Notes: generated by a model from the letters alone, not told the origin. DNA of 64,000 bases from Vicinamibacterales bacterium (GCA_965223015.1 CBDCVL010000010.1:216086-280085), one strand, 5' to 3'. Counted from the first letter of the stretch, positions 19,666 to 30,595 are shown. Numbers and translations are program-made.

Positions 19666-20523
19666 ATGGGCCCAAGGGTGAGCAGCAAGCGACCGTCAAG
19701 ACGTGACTTCGACACCCAGACAGTCGGTCCGACCGATACGATTCGAGTTCGTGGGCGATACGGAACGGTCCAGGGATCCCCACACGACGGCTCGGTTCTG
19801 GCTAGATACGCTGAGACCGGCGTCTGGGCCGAACGAACAAATGCACTGATCCAAGGCTTCTTTGATCTCGACGGCGGCACGTATGTCGATGTCGGCGGCA
19901 ATATCGGCCTGACGACCATTTCGGCCGCTCAGAATCCGAAGGTGCAGTGCTTCGTTTTCGAACCCGAGCGAGAGAATTTTCTTCATCTGAGCGAAAACAT
20001 CCGAGCGAACTGCGCGCACGAGAACGTGGTGGCGCAGCAGGTTGCCGTTTTCAATAGGCGCACGCGACTGGCGTTGGAGCTTTCACCTGACAACGTGGGC
20101 GACCACAGGCTCCGACTGGCGAATCGCATTGGGGTGCTCGGCGAGGATGAGTGGAGCACACTTGACGTGCAAGCGGCGCCACTGGATGAGCTTGTCGCCA
20201 GCGTCTCCGAGCCTCTCACCGTCAAGATCGACACTCAAGGTGCTGAACCGTTCGTCATCTCTGGCGGCCAAGGAACACTGGCCCGGGCCGGTCTCGTGAT
20301 CATCGAGTTTGCGCCGTACTGGATGGCACGCATGGGCAGCGATCCCAAAATCGTATTCGACCTCGTGAGAGACTTCTCGAAGGTTTCTCTCGCCCACGGT
20401 GAGAACGATGAAGCTGAGCCGCCGCTCTCCGGCGACCAGGCCGCAGTCAAGCTACAGCGCCTGGACGCTGAATATCGGAAGACGCCGGCCGGCGCCTACT
20501 GGGACATCATCGCCCGCCGATGA
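19666..20523 (+). CDS. FkbM-family methyltransferase
   Basis: YVDVGGNIGLTT followed by FVFEPERENFLHLSENI, the typical FkbM pattern. Confidence 0.8.
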   Translation: MGPRVSSKRPSRRDFDTQTVGPTDTIRVRGRYGTVQGSPHDGSVLARYAETGVWAERTNALIQGFFDLDGGTYVDVGGNIGLTTISAAQNPKVQCFVFEPERENFLHLSENIRANCAHENVVAQQVAVFNRRTRLALELSPDNVGDHRLRLANRIGVLGEDEWSTLDVQAAPLDELVASVSEPLTVKIDTQGAEPFVISGGQGTLARAGLVIIEFAPYWMARMGSDPKIVFDLVRDFSKVSLAHGENDEAEPPLSGDQAAVKLQRLDAEYRKTPAGAYWDIIARR

Positions 20524-20575
20524 TGCGCGTAGCCTGTAAGGCCCGAGCGTCAGCCCGCCAAACCTCAGAGTAGCG

Positions 20576-21604
20576 TCAAGCGGCGGCTGCCTCCACCGAC
20601 GGTGTGACCACACCGCCCGATGACGGCCGATGGGACGGCGGGTGCGAAAGGACCGCTTTGACCGGCAGCGTGTCGAGGATCTCGAGCTGCGCCAGTTCAT
20701 TGGCGAACGACGAGCACAGGATAACGTCGGTCTGCTGAGGCGCCCAGTCCGGGGAACGCACGGTCACACCGCGGTAATGCTTTCCCTGCTGGGTCACTGC
20801 CGTGTCGAGGTATGCCACGATATTCACACGGGCTAGCTCTGGTACGATCTGGAAGAGCGCGTCGGTGTGTCCCCCCACGCCGAAGATTGCGACCCTAAGC
20901 GAACGCCGTCTCCAGTGTTCGATCAGCGGGATCAGCCGTTCCCGGTAGACCGCTGGATCATCCTCGACTTCCCCAACCCCGAGACCGAGGTCTTCGTACT
21001 GCACAGGGAACCGATTGGCGTTGAATGGTTGAAGCCACCACCCATCCTCGAACGGCGAGAACGTCGGGTTACTCGTACGTTCGAAGAACGCGGTCTTGCC
21101 CACGGCCTCGAGGAAAGTGAACATGGGATCTTCCCTCAAGAAGTCGAACAGCTGTCGGATCGTCGGGATATGGATATCGTCAACGACCAGGAGTCCGCCG
21201 GTGTCTAGATGCGGATAGAGCTTCCAGTACTCCATATTGGGAAACGGAAAGCCGTGCGGCCCGTCTATCAACACGAGCTGGAGAGGCTCGGTGAAGCTGT
21301 GGTTCATGAGCGTTCTCTGTGCGGGGCCCTCGACGAACTCGACTGTGTCCTTTCTCAGAAGGAAGCTATCGCGAGGGCGGGACAGACTCTCCCCATCGTC
21401 GACGGCGAACACCAGGTGGTGGTCGCTCAAGTGGGACAGCAGCAGCGTGGTCTTTCCGGCACCGGTTTCCACCGACCTGCGTACCCGCCGTTCAGCTGCG
21501 TGTCTGGCAAGTGCCTCGAGGTTCTGCATTTCGAGACAGCCAGCACCGTGCCAGTCCGGGGGCAACGAGCCGAGCGCCGCGAGTAAGTCGTCAAGTGCTT
21601 GCAT
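20576..21604 (-). CDS. class I SAM-dependent methyltransferase with a C-terminal Rossmann-like domain
   Basis: VETGAGKTT..LVLIDGPH..LLVVDDI (Methyltransf_24-like). The C-terminal segment VAIFGVGGHTDALF.. resembles a segment of the adjacent glycosyltransferase. Confidence 0.7.
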   Translation of the reverse strand: MQALDDLLAALGSLPPDWHGAGCLEMQNLEALARHAAERRVRRSVETGAGKTTLLLSHLSDHHLVFAVDDGESLSRPRDSFLLRKDTVEFVEGPAQRTLMNHSFTEPLQLVLIDGPHGFPFPNMEYWKLYPHLDTGGLLVVDDIHIPTIRQLFDFLREDPMFTFLEAVGKTAFFERTSNPTFSPFEDGWWLQPFNANRFPVQYEDLGLGVGEVEDDPAVYRERLIPLIEHWRRRSLRVAIFGVGGHTDALFQIVPELARVNIVAYLDTAVTQQGKHYRGVTVRSPDWAPQQTDVILCSSFANELAQLEILDTLPVKAVLSHPPSHRPSSGGVVTPSVEAAAA

Positions 21605-24600
21605 GGGTCACCTCTTCGTCATCAAGAAGGGCCTGAGAATCGAGCCCTAGGGAGCCTGTCGCGGAAACCTGATGCCCCACCTCAGGCACCCGTTCGCCGA
21701 TCGCCTCCCATACTGCACCTTGAGTAGATGCGTCTACCAATCCGTTGACTGCCGGAACTGCTGTCACGTCGAGCAGGTGTCCGAGGACGTCGTCCGGCGC
21801 GAAACACGCCACGCCTGCCATCAGTTGTCCGTGAGCTGGGTCAGGCTGGCCTTCGTGACCATCGTCGAAATACCGTCGAAGCTGCCGGATCAGATCGACT
21901 GCGTCCCCGGGTGCAAACATCCGGCTTTCAACCGACCGCGCCTCGAGCCAGCGCGCGACCATGCTCCCGGCGGGGACTAGGGTCTGTGTGCCGGCGGCAG
22001 TCGCATGCACGCACACGGCTTCAACCCAGCCCTCGTCCTCGGTGTCGTTCAGCACAACGACAACATCGGCATTCGAGAGAACCGCGTACGTTGCCGAGGC
22101 TGGCTGGTCGTCGATCAGGTCGACATCAAGAAACGACGCAAGCCCATACCGCCACTGCTCGTCGGAAGCCAACCGAGCGTCGCGATAATGTGTACGCCAC
22201 GACAGCGCCGTCCTTGGAAGGGCCCCGTCATGTGCCTCGTTGGCGAGCGCTTCGAGCAGGGGCCGGACCTGGGACGCCCCACCGTGCGAGAAGCAGACAA
22301 CCCGTCGAATCGCTCCGACCTTTACGCGCCCGCCTTTCGAGTCGACAGCTGGCACGGGATAACCGACGGTGTGAACCGTCCGGTTAGTCCACGTTTCGAT
22401 TTCAGCCGCCACGTGGGGATCGGACGCAAGGAAAGTCACGCGATTACCGGCGGCAGCCGCGAGCACATCTTCAGCGAACCTCCAGGTCGTGCGGCGGTTG
22501 CCGTAGAAGGAGCTAGGATCAGACCATGACGCAGCGTCCGCGAATCCGTAGAGAGCGATGGCCGGACGCTCGCTGAGTCCCTTCTCCCTAAGCCCTTTCG
22601 CGATGCCGAGGCACTCGCTCGGAGAAGGCGTCACGAGCACCAGGACGTCATCGTCACGGAACGTCATCGTCGCCAGGGCCCGGGAGGTCGTCGTGACCGC
22701 GAGACTCTCCACGCGCGCAGATGCGCGCCGCCCGACCTGCGCGTCGCTACAGACGACGCGCCTGTCAATCTCAAGAATGGGAGCGACGCTCGCCGTTTCC
22801 GGCAGGTCGTTGAGTGCCGGCATTGAGCTCGCCACGCTCCGGTGGCTGACAATCACCGTGTCAAGAGAACGGCGGTTCGACGCTGCGCCAAGTTCGGCGA
22901 GTGCGTTGAGGCGCCACCAGCGATCGACCCTCGCCTGGGAATCCCAGAACGTGACCGTTCGTCGGTTGCTGACCCGCCCCGCAAACGGAGCCAGCCCCAA
23001 TCGCATCCTCACGGGGGAGCTCAAGCGGTCGACGACAGCGCGACTGACGAGTCGCGAGTCATAGAGTCCAAGCACACTTCCTCCGCCATCGCGGAAGGCG
23101 GCCAGATCCGTCCACATCTCGTCTTCAAACGTCTCGGAGGACAGGACGACCAGGTCCCGTGGCTTCGGCGAAAAAGCCGAGGCCGGGATCACTGGAAGTC
23201 CAGAAGGATCGCTGCCAGCGGACCGGGTGCGTCCATCGATGATCAAGGCAACCGACACGTCGGTACCATGCAATGCGGCGACAAGCGCGCGAGTGTGCCC
23301 ACCGTTTCCCCACAGAACCACCCGCTCCGGCGCCACCTGTTCGCATGTGGCCTGGATTCGGCTGATCACCTCCGGACGGATGCCGTGACCGGCTGGAGTC
23401 TGAGTAGAGGCTCCCAACAACCTGACAATCGAAGCGACCGGCCCATAGCACCCCTCGCGGGAGAAACACGCCGTGGCTTCAGCAAGGGCAGCGGAAGCAC
23501 GTGACTCCCGCAGAGAGCGAGTGCCCAGGAGTTGAACCAACGCCTCGGCAAACGCCTCTGGATCGTCGTGGACCTCAAGGGAACGACCAGACGTCAGACC
23601 GGAACCGTGCACGCCAGCGCGAGTCGTCACGATCGCCTTACCTCGACTCGCCGCCTCGACGACCTTGATCTTCAATCCAGAACCGTACAAGTAGGGAGCC
23701 ACGAACACGCCACAGCGCTCGACTTCGTCGCTCAAGCTTGGCTGAAACCCGAGGACCTCGACGCCCGCGACTCCGAGCATAGATTCAGGCAACGCGCGTC
23801 CGATGAGCCCGGCAATGCGCAATCGCGCCGATGGTCGAACCCGCCTCACAGCCGCCCAAACGCGCTCGAGTAGCCAGGACAGTGCCTGCACGTTCGGGAG
23901 ATTGTCACTGCCGGCGTACAACGCGACATCATCAGCACCAAGCGACGCGGCGTTGGCAGTTGGAACGGCATGGCGGACAGTCAACACGTGTTGATGAGGA
24001 AGCGTGACGTGACTGATCCGGATCTCGTCTTCCGGAGTAATGGCCAGCAACACGTCGAATTGGCGCCAGAGAAACTCCTCCGTCGCTGTCGGCAGTGCGA
24101 AGCTCGTCGCTTCTCCGGTCGCGCGGCTACACGCCTCGGCGTGCTGGTGCAGGATGTCTTGTACGTCGCACACACGGAGCACGTCTCGGGTCAGCCCCGC
24201 GAACGCCGGAGCAGTCCACGCGTACGTCGCCACCACGGCCTGATAGGGCTCCGCCTCGAGCAGACTCCGGACGAGCATCGTCAACGCCGAGGATGGGCGT
24301 TGGTACAGCGCCGGGAGGTCATGACCGCTGTAGAACGCATTGAGTCTCTGGGTGCAGAGCTCGTCATCGCTCGACGGCATGTCGGCCTCGACCCTGTACA
24401 CTCGCCGGAACAGTGAGTATTGAGCCTCGACCGGAGCGACCCTAGGGTTTCCCTGGTAGGCCAAGTCCACCTCGAACCCACTCGCCGCGAGGTACTTTGC
24501 GATCGCCAGAATGCGTTGAATGTTGCCGTGCCCGACGTGATCGAGACACAGGGGGTACACGATGAGGACCTGCCCGATCCGGGAAGGTGAAGCGTCCGAT

Positions 24601-24701
24601 GCGGTGGCCACCAGAGGTTCCAGTGTCATGTCCTCAAGAGTCGGCTCCACACAGCCGGATGTCGGGCAGCCGGCCGGAGCGTCCGATTCTCCGACTGCCA
24701 C
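21591..24701 (-). CDS. large multidomain glycosyltransferase (GT-B/GT4-like N-terminal module)
   Basis: The GT4-type C-lobe motif FVAPYLYGSGLKIKVVEAASRGKAIVTT, followed by VVLWGNGGHTRALV (Rossmann-like) and a further GT-B-like region. It overlaps the downstream gene by 14 nt. Confidence 0.75.
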   Translation of the reverse strand: MAVGESDAPAGCPTSGCVEPTLEDMTLEPLVATASDASPSRIGQVLIVYPLCLDHVGHGNIQRILAIAKYLAASGFEVDLAYQGNPRVAPVEAQYSLFRRVYRVEADMPSSDDELCTQRLNAFYSGHDLPALYQRPSSALTMLVRSLLEAEPYQAVVATYAWTAPAFAGLTRDVLRVCDVQDILHQHAEACSRATGEATSFALPTATEEFLWRQFDVLLAITPEDEIRISHVTLPHQHVLTVRHAVPTANAASLGADDVALYAGSDNLPNVQALSWLLERVWAAVRRVRPSARLRIAGLIGRALPESMLGVAGVEVLGFQPSLSDEVERCGVFVAPYLYGSGLKIKVVEAASRGKAIVTTRAGVHGSGLTSGRSLEVHDDPEAFAEALVQLLGTRSLRESRASAALAEATACFSREGCYGPVASIVRLLGASTQTPAGHGIRPEVISRIQATCEQVAPERVVLWGNGGHTRALVAALHGTDVSVALIIDGRTRSAGSDPSGLPVIPASAFSPKPRDLVVLSSETFEDEMWTDLAAFRDGGGSVLGLYDSRLVSRAVVDRLSSPVRMRLGLAPFAGRVSNRRTVTFWDSQARVDRWWRLNALAELGAASNRRSLDTVIVSHRSVASSMPALNDLPETASVAPILEIDRRVVCSDAQVGRRASARVESLAVTTTSRALATMTFRDDDVLVLVTPSPSECLGIAKGLREKGLSERPAIALYGFADAASWSDPSSFYGNRRTTWRFAEDVLAAAAGNRVTFLASDPHVAAEIETWTNRTVHTVGYPVPAVDSKGGRVKVGAIRRVVCFSHGGASQVRPLLEALANEAHDGALPRTALSWRTHYRDARLASDEQWRYGLASFLDVDLIDDQPASATYAVLSNADVVVVLNDTEDEGWVEAVCVHATAAGTQTLVPAGSMVARWLEARSVESRMFAPGDAVDLIRQLRRYFDDGHEGQPDPAHGQLMAGVACFAPDDVLGHLLDVTAVPAVNGLVDASTQGAVWEAIGERVPEVGHQVSATGSLGLDSQALLDDEEVTHAST

Positions 24702-24813
24702 GCATCGAGAACGGAACTCGATCCAGCCCGATCACCCGCCAACACGGCGAAGTAGTTGGGTTTAGCAAGCGACATGCCAGCACTCTCGAATCGTATGGAG
24801 TCCCTCTTCATCT

Positions 24814-27800
24814 TCAAGGGAGCGCGGAAACACGGTCCATGAACTGGCGAAACAAAAGAACCGTGCCGTCGCCGGCGGTGACCAACAGAGAACTTCCGGC
24901 CCAGGCGACGCCAAAAGGCGCGTAGCATGCGAGATTCAGCGGACGCGCCCCGACGCGCTCGATCCGAACCAGGTCTGAGAAAGGGTAGGTTCGCACGGCC
25001 CACTCCCCCCGTCTGGCCACGGACCCGCACTGCCCCTCACGGCCGGTCGCAGTACGGCGCATGGTGTGCCCGGAGGTGTCGCATCGGAACTCGTGAGTCA
25101 GGCGTCGTCGGGTGACACGGCCGCTCCTGTCCCTAACGACCGGCGCGACCACCAAGTCGGAGTCGTCAAGACGAAGGCATCCGGATGGTGTATCGACGAG
25201 AAGCCGGCCGGACCTACCGGGCAACCAATCCCACAGACCTCCAGCAAGGGCACACCAAATGGGCGACCCATCGGCCCTGAGCACCACTTGAGCAGGTTCG
25301 AAGGGCACCCTCTCGACGATGGGGTCACCTTCGGCCTGGCTACGGAGAAGAATGGCTTTATCGACGCGGTTCCACGCGAGAGCTCCTCCCTCACTTCCCC
25401 ACCCCACTTCGCCGGTGATGGCGACCGGCCAGTTCGAACCAGACTCGCTACGTCCATCCGAGCCGATCAGCACGCTGGTGCTGACCAAGTGCGGGGCAAA
25501 GATCGCGCGTTCTCCATCCAGTGTTGCCAGGGACCATCCAAGCGGGAGGTCGGTAAGGATCTCGGGCTCGACAAACGCAATGCTTGAGGCGAGAAACGCG
25601 ATCCGCGGGTCGGGTGCTGCTTGGCCCTTTGATACGACGCGAAGCTCGGGCCACGCCACAGATGTTGACTCGGTAGAGTCTCTAGGCGCGTCGTTCGAAA
25701 TCGCGAGCGCGCCTGTGAACGCCCGCATCAGAGCATCGACCCGAAGAGGCAGCGTCATGTGGCCCGACGGGCCTGGGAACTCGAGGCGAAAGGGCGCGTC
25801 CGGCTCCACAGTCAGTGCAGGGTCCAGTACGCCCCTCGCGACCGCCCGGACGAAACGCTCACACTCCGCAGCTGAGCCCGTGCTGGTGGCTCTGGCACGA
25901 AGAAGAGCGTGCCGATGAGCCCCCAAGGTGAGGCATGCGGCCTGCTCGTTGTCAATTGGCCGAAGCTGCTGCTCGTCCTCTTCGTCGAGAACCGGAAGAA
26001 CGGGACCCGACCAGTAGTCGAGGTGACCATGTGGGAAGCCGGTGGCACCCCCATGTAACGCCGACTCGACCTCGATGAGGAGTTCCTCGAGTGGGGCGAT
26101 CAGCGCCGCTGCCGATTCCGTCCAACGAAATCGGTATGAAAGAGGCAGTGCGTGGGCGTTGTCGTCGCACACCTCGGCCTCGCCGAGGCCCGTCGTCAGC
26201 CGTCGGATGGCCAGCAGAGAGTCGATCAACTCCACGGCTTCATCAGCGGCATCGCGACGCACGCAACGACCTCGAGCTTCCTTCGGCCTGTCACAACCGT
26301 CGAGCACCGAACGCTCTCCGGTCAAAACCGATCGCATCAACGCGACTCGGTCGGCCTCATGGAATCGAGGCGGGTGGCTTGCCGGCGCTGGCGAGGCAGG
26401 GTCGGCCGGTGCGGACGCTCCGTTGACAAGACCGTCGCGAGCAGCGACGGCAGCCGCATGAATCTCGGCAGCGGTCAGCATGTGTGAGCCAAAGTCCAGC
26501 CAGTCTGAGATCGGACTCGTTGCACTGTCGTCCGTCTCTCCAGGGGGCTCTCGAACGATGTCTCCAAGGCCTTGACCCACCGAATCGACGATCGATGGAT
26601 CCGGCCGCCGGCGACAAGATTCGCGGATCGTCGCGCGTAGAGCGAGGTCTCCTTCTCCCTTCACGTCGAGCCCAGCCTCCAGGTCGACCTGGTCCACACC
26701 CGGGCCAAACAGAATGCCGCCGCCGGTCGCATTCACTACGCGCCGTGAGGTTTCGCTGGCACGTGCGAGCAACCAATCACGAACCTCGACGAGATGCGGC
26801 GCCGTGAGGACGTCCTCCCCGTGTACGCTTGGCACCTCCAGCAGTTGTCGGCTTTCCAGCGTGTGTCGCCAGACAGTATGGAGGTTGACCCCTCGAGCTG
26901 TATGACTTGCCCACTCCTGTTCAAACGTCGTGCCCCGACAGTACGGCCGCTCATCGGTAAAGGCGAGGTCAGCACCAACAAGGATCACGGGGTCACAACC
27001 GAACCCGAGCGCCAGGTCGTATGCGGCGGTCAACACCGAGCCCCACACGTTGACGAGTGGCCGGTCCAGCCCCAGACGCTGCAGCCAGGGCCACGGATGG
27101 TGAGGACCAACCTTGAAAGTCGCCGTGCGCGACGACAACGGCTGAAGGGCCGCGGGATCGACACTGCCCTCAGCGAGTACCCATGTCTCTCGCCGCGAAG
27201 GCACACGAACTAGGTGTTGTCCGTTGGCTGCCGTGGGGTCGAGCGCCACCACCACGTGTGGATCCACGCCCGCAGTCGCAAGCGGCCGCCAGGCTGTGTC
27301 GGTCGCCACAATGAGCGGACGGTCGCTGAGCGCCCTGAGGGCAGGCAGATTACGGTCCAGCGACGGACCCGCAGCCACAACCACTGCAGGCACTCCATCG
27401 AATTTTCCCCTAAGACGGTCGGGACTGGCGCCATGCACGATGCAAGGGAGATTTCGCAGCGTGTTCAACAAGTAACGCCCAGCGTTATCGCGCCGCGCTC
27501 GAGCATTCATCTGCGCCGCCCGAACGGCCCGTTGCACTAGGCTCACTGCGTGGGCCATCGGCTCAGGCAGAGCTCGCGCCAGGACGGGGTGAGTGATGAC
27601 CGCGGGGGCCTGATCCTCGCCGGCTGTGGGCATGCCGAAGGCCCGCCAGAGCTCTTCAGCCCCTGGGTAGTCTGGGCCTATAACGAGGTCAACCTTGTCG
27701 GAGCGGTACAGCTCGGGCGTACGCGAGCGCGCGCCGTCCGCCAGCTGGGCCACTGGTTCCACGACGATGATTCGGGCGGCAGGCCAACGCCTGCGGGCAG

Positions 27801-28146
27801 CTTCAGTGACAAACCCCAGGCCGGCGCCAACGAGAACGACCACCGGCGGCGCCGGATCATCGACGACCCCGAGTTGCAGTTGCGCCTCGGCAAGCGGGTC
27901 GCGGGTACTGTGGAGCGACACACGGTTGCCTTCGGGCATTTGGATCCACGCCGCCCACCCTGCGGTGTGCGAGCTAGGATGCACGTCGACGATGAGCGGT
28001 TCGACGATCGCTGTTCCCTCATGTGCGTGGCTCGGATCGCTCGTTGCAGGATTCACTCTCGACGCATGCTTGAGCAAGCGACGTGCCCAAGCGCGCGCGC
28101 CGAACCTACGAGGTGTAGGCCAATTTCCTGAGCTCGAGCGACGCAA
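24814..28146 (-). CDS. giant Maf/DUF115 (MptE-like) putative glycosyltransferase with ~700-aa uncharacterised C-terminal extension
   Basis: DUF115 core VVVAAGPSLDRNLPALRALSDRPLIVATDTAWRPLATAGVDPHVVVALDP. The start codon is uncertain. Confidence 0.7.
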   Translation of the reverse strand: MRRSSSGNWPTPRRFGARAWARRLLKHASRVNPATSDPSHAHEGTAIVEPLIVDVHPSSHTAGWAAWIQMPEGNRVSLHSTRDPLAEAQLQLGVVDDPAPPVVVLVGAGLGFVTEAARRRWPAARIIVVEPVAQLADGARSRTPELYRSDKVDLVIGPDYPGAEELWRAFGMPTAGEDQAPAVITHPVLARALPEPMAHAVSLVQRAVRAAQMNARARRDNAGRYLLNTLRNLPCIVHGASPDRLRGKFDGVPAVVVAAGPSLDRNLPALRALSDRPLIVATDTAWRPLATAGVDPHVVVALDPTAANGQHLVRVPSRRETWVLAEGSVDPAALQPLSSRTATFKVGPHHPWPWLQRLGLDRPLVNVWGSVLTAAYDLALGFGCDPVILVGADLAFTDERPYCRGTTFEQEWASHTARGVNLHTVWRHTLESRQLLEVPSVHGEDVLTAPHLVEVRDWLLARASETSRRVVNATGGGILFGPGVDQVDLEAGLDVKGEGDLALRATIRESCRRRPDPSIVDSVGQGLGDIVREPPGETDDSATSPISDWLDFGSHMLTAAEIHAAAVAARDGLVNGASAPADPASPAPASHPPRFHEADRVALMRSVLTGERSVLDGCDRPKEARGRCVRRDAADEAVELIDSLLAIRRLTTGLGEAEVCDDNAHALPLSYRFRWTESAAALIAPLEELLIEVESALHGGATGFPHGHLDYWSGPVLPVLDEEDEQQLRPIDNEQAACLTLGAHRHALLRARATSTGSAAECERFVRAVARGVLDPALTVEPDAPFRLEFPGPSGHMTLPLRVDALMRAFTGALAISNDAPRDSTESTSVAWPELRVVSKGQAAPDPRIAFLASSIAFVEPEILTDLPLGWSLATLDGERAIFAPHLVSTSVLIGSDGRSESGSNWPVAITGEVGWGSEGGALAWNRVDKAILLRSQAEGDPIVERVPFEPAQVVLRADGSPIWCALAGGLWDWLPGRSGRLLVDTPSGCLRLDDSDLVVAPVVRDRSGRVTRRRLTHEFRCDTSGHTMRRTATGREGQCGSVARRGEWAVRTYPFSDLVRIERVGARPLNLACYAPFGVAWAGSSLLVTAGDGTVLLFRQFMDRVSALP

Positions 28147-28362
28147 CAGAGCGGACCCGACCGGTAATCCGACACCGAGGTCAGGTATTCGACCGTCTTG
28201 CGGGCATGTCCGTCATGAAGATTCCAACACCCGGACCGTTCTTCCCACTCCCGATGCGCGGGAATACCTCAGCCGATACGGTTACAATGCGGCGAGCGGC
28301 AGCTGGCTCGGCTCGTGGAAACTAACTCTGCTCGACGGTCAACGGAGAGGCCCTAAGCATCG

Positions 28363-29154
28363 ATGTCTGAATGGGCAACCAAACCTCGCTGCGTCTACTA
28401 TGGCCACCATAAGTGCGCCACGACGTGGATCAATCGCATTCTTCGAAACGCATCTCAGGAACTAGGCTATCGCTTCCACGTCGAGTGGGGAAACCTGCCG
28501 GAACACCGCTTCCAGCAAATGCTTGACCGCGAGCGACCGGACGTGCTCTCTCTCACCAACGCGCGTGCCGAGTACGCCCTTTGGCTCGGGGGACGGGTCC
28601 CCGGCTTCCATGTCGTGCGTGACCCCAGGGACGTATGTGTCTCCGGCTACTGGTCCCACCGCAACAGCCACCCTGTCGTCGATGGATTCACGCATCTTGA
28701 TCGTCTCCGCCCAACCCTAAACTCGCTACCACTCGAGGACGGGCTACTAGCAGAGATGGATTTCCTCAACCCACACGTGTACGAACTGATGAGTGCGTGG
28801 GACTACACGCGGCCAAACGTCTTGGAGCTAAGAATGGAGGATCTGACCGCAAAGCCGCGGGAAGGCTGGCTCGCCATTCTCGGCTTCCTTGGATTGACGG
28901 ACAGACCCGGCGGGCCGACTGGCGAAACCCAGATCACTCCAAACCGACTGCGCGAGATTGTCGACGACAGCGCTTTCGTTCGCCTGACAGGCGGCCGTGA
29001 GCAAGGAAAGGAAGACCGCAACAGCCACTATCGCAAAGGCGTCCCCGGCGACTGGCGCAACGTCTTCACCCAGCGCCACGTTGAACGATTTCGGCAAGAG
29101 CACAACGAGTTGCTACTCAAGCTCGGCTACGAAGAGACCCCCGATTGGCAATAA
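28363..29154 (+). CDS. sulfotransferase family protein
   Basis: A 5'-PSB-like loop YYGHHKCATTW and the 3'-PB motif RKGVPGDWRNVFT. The RBS is GGAGAGG. Confidence 0.85.
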   Translation: MSEWATKPRCVYYGHHKCATTWINRILRNASQELGYRFHVEWGNLPEHRFQQMLDRERPDVLSLTNARAEYALWLGGRVPGFHVVRDPRDVCVSGYWSHRNSHPVVDGFTHLDRLRPTLNSLPLEDGLLAEMDFLNPHVYELMSAWDYTRPNVLELRMEDLTAKPREGWLAILGFLGLTDRPGGPTGETQITPNRLREIVDDSAFVRLTGGREQGKEDRNSHYRKGVPGDWRNVFTQRHVERFRQEHNELLLKLGYEETPDWQ

Positions 29155-29269
29155 GCAGTCAGGAAGCCGACCGGCACACTACAGTACGACCCTGGTTCTG
29201 GCCCCGCCGAGCTGACAGCTCAGCGTCCACGTTGGAAGGATTCGCCGGCGTGCTCAATGAGGACTATCC

Positions 29270-30586
29270 ATGCAAACTGTGATTCGAGCCGTGCTCCCGG
29301 CACTGGTGGCCGTCGCGACGCTCGTGCCAGGGCCCGTCGCCATCGTGGCGCAAGAAGCGAGCGGAACGACCGAGTGGCACGCGTGGGGCGGTCCGAACGG
29401 GAACTTCGTCGTCGACGCGCCACCTCTGGCCGAGACCTGGCCGGTCACTGGGCCGCCCCAGCGGTGGAGCCGACCGCTCGGTGCCGGTCATTCGGCCATT
29501 CTCGTCGATGACGGCCGACTGTACACGATGTATCGCGTGGCCCATGGGGCGGGCGGCAGCGGGCCATTCGAACCGTCCGAAACGGTTATCGCGATGGATG
29601 CCGAGACAGGTAGTACCTTGTGGGAGTACACCTACCCGTCGAAGGTCCAGGATTTCGGTCAGGGCGCTGGCCCGCATTCGACACCGCTTCTCGTCGATGG
29701 GCGCCTGTTCACTCTCGGTACGAACAAGGAGCTGCACGTCTTCGACCCTTCGACCGGGGCCATCCTCTGGTCACGCAACCTCATCGAGGACTTCAACGCA
29801 CCCCCACTGCTCATTCGTTCCATGGTCAAGCCTGGGTACGGCGTCAGTCCAATTGCCTACCGGGACACGATCATCATCCAGGTCGGGGGCCCGGGTCAGG
29901 CCGTCATGGCGCTACGTCAGGACGTCGGGAGTGTTGTGTGGAAGAGCGGAAGTTTTCTCGTATCGCACTCACCCGCTGGGTTTATCGATGTCGACGGGCA
30001 ACGTCAGCTCATCGTCTTTGCTGGCCAGGCCGTACATGGGTTGAACCCCGACACGGGTGAGATCCTCTGGGCTCATCCGCACGACGCGGGCAATGACTTC
30101 AACTTCCAAATCCCGCTGTGGGGCGACAACGTCTTGTTCCTGTCGTCCGGATACATCGGTGGAAGTCGCGCGCTGCGGCTCACGCGAGACAGAGGGATTA
30201 CCAATGTCGAAGAGCTGTGGTACAACCCCCGACTGCGGTTTACGTTCCTGAACCCCCTCAGGCTGGGAGACTTCGTCTATGGCACGAGTGGACAGAGCGC
30301 GAGCGCGGTCTTGACCGCCACCCACGTTTCGACAGGCGAGACGGCGTGGCAAGCACGTGGCTTTAGCCGCGCCAACATGCTTTACGCCGATGGCAAGGCG
30401 CTGGTCCTCCAGGAGGATGGAACCCTGAGCATTGTGACGCTCACCCCCAGCGGGACGACAACGCTCGCCGAAGCACAGCTCTTCAATACGACGGCGTGGA
30501 CCGCGCCGACCCTCGTGGGAACGGCACTGTATGCGCGAGACCGCGAGAAAATCGTGGCGCTCGACCTTGCGCCCGGCGAGAACTAG
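29270..30586 (+). CDS. PQQ-like beta-propeller repeat protein (BamB-like fold), secreted
   Basis: Signal peptide and repeated ..DG.lY....g.l.A.D..TG...W motifs. Confidence 0.8.
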   Translation: MQTVIRAVLPALVAVATLVPGPVAIVAQEASGTTEWHAWGGPNGNFVVDAPPLAETWPVTGPPQRWSRPLGAGHSAILVDDGRLYTMYRVAHGAGGSGPFEPSETVIAMDAETGSTLWEYTYPSKVQDFGQGAGPHSTPLLVDGRLFTLGTNKELHVFDPSTGAILWSRNLIEDFNAPPLLIRSMVKPGYGVSPIAYRDTIIIQVGGPGQAVMALRQDVGSVVWKSGSFLVSHSPAGFIDVDGQRQLIVFAGQAVHGLNPDTGEILWAHPHDAGNDFNFQIPLWGDNVLFLSSGYIGGSRALRLTRDRGITNVEELWYNPRLRFTFLNPLRLGDFVYGTSGQSASAVLTATHVSTGETAWQARGFSRANMLYADGKALVLQEDGTLSIVTLTPSGTTTLAEAQLFNTTAWTAPTLVGTALYARDREKIVALDLAPGEN

Positions 30587-30595
30587 TCGCCTGAG

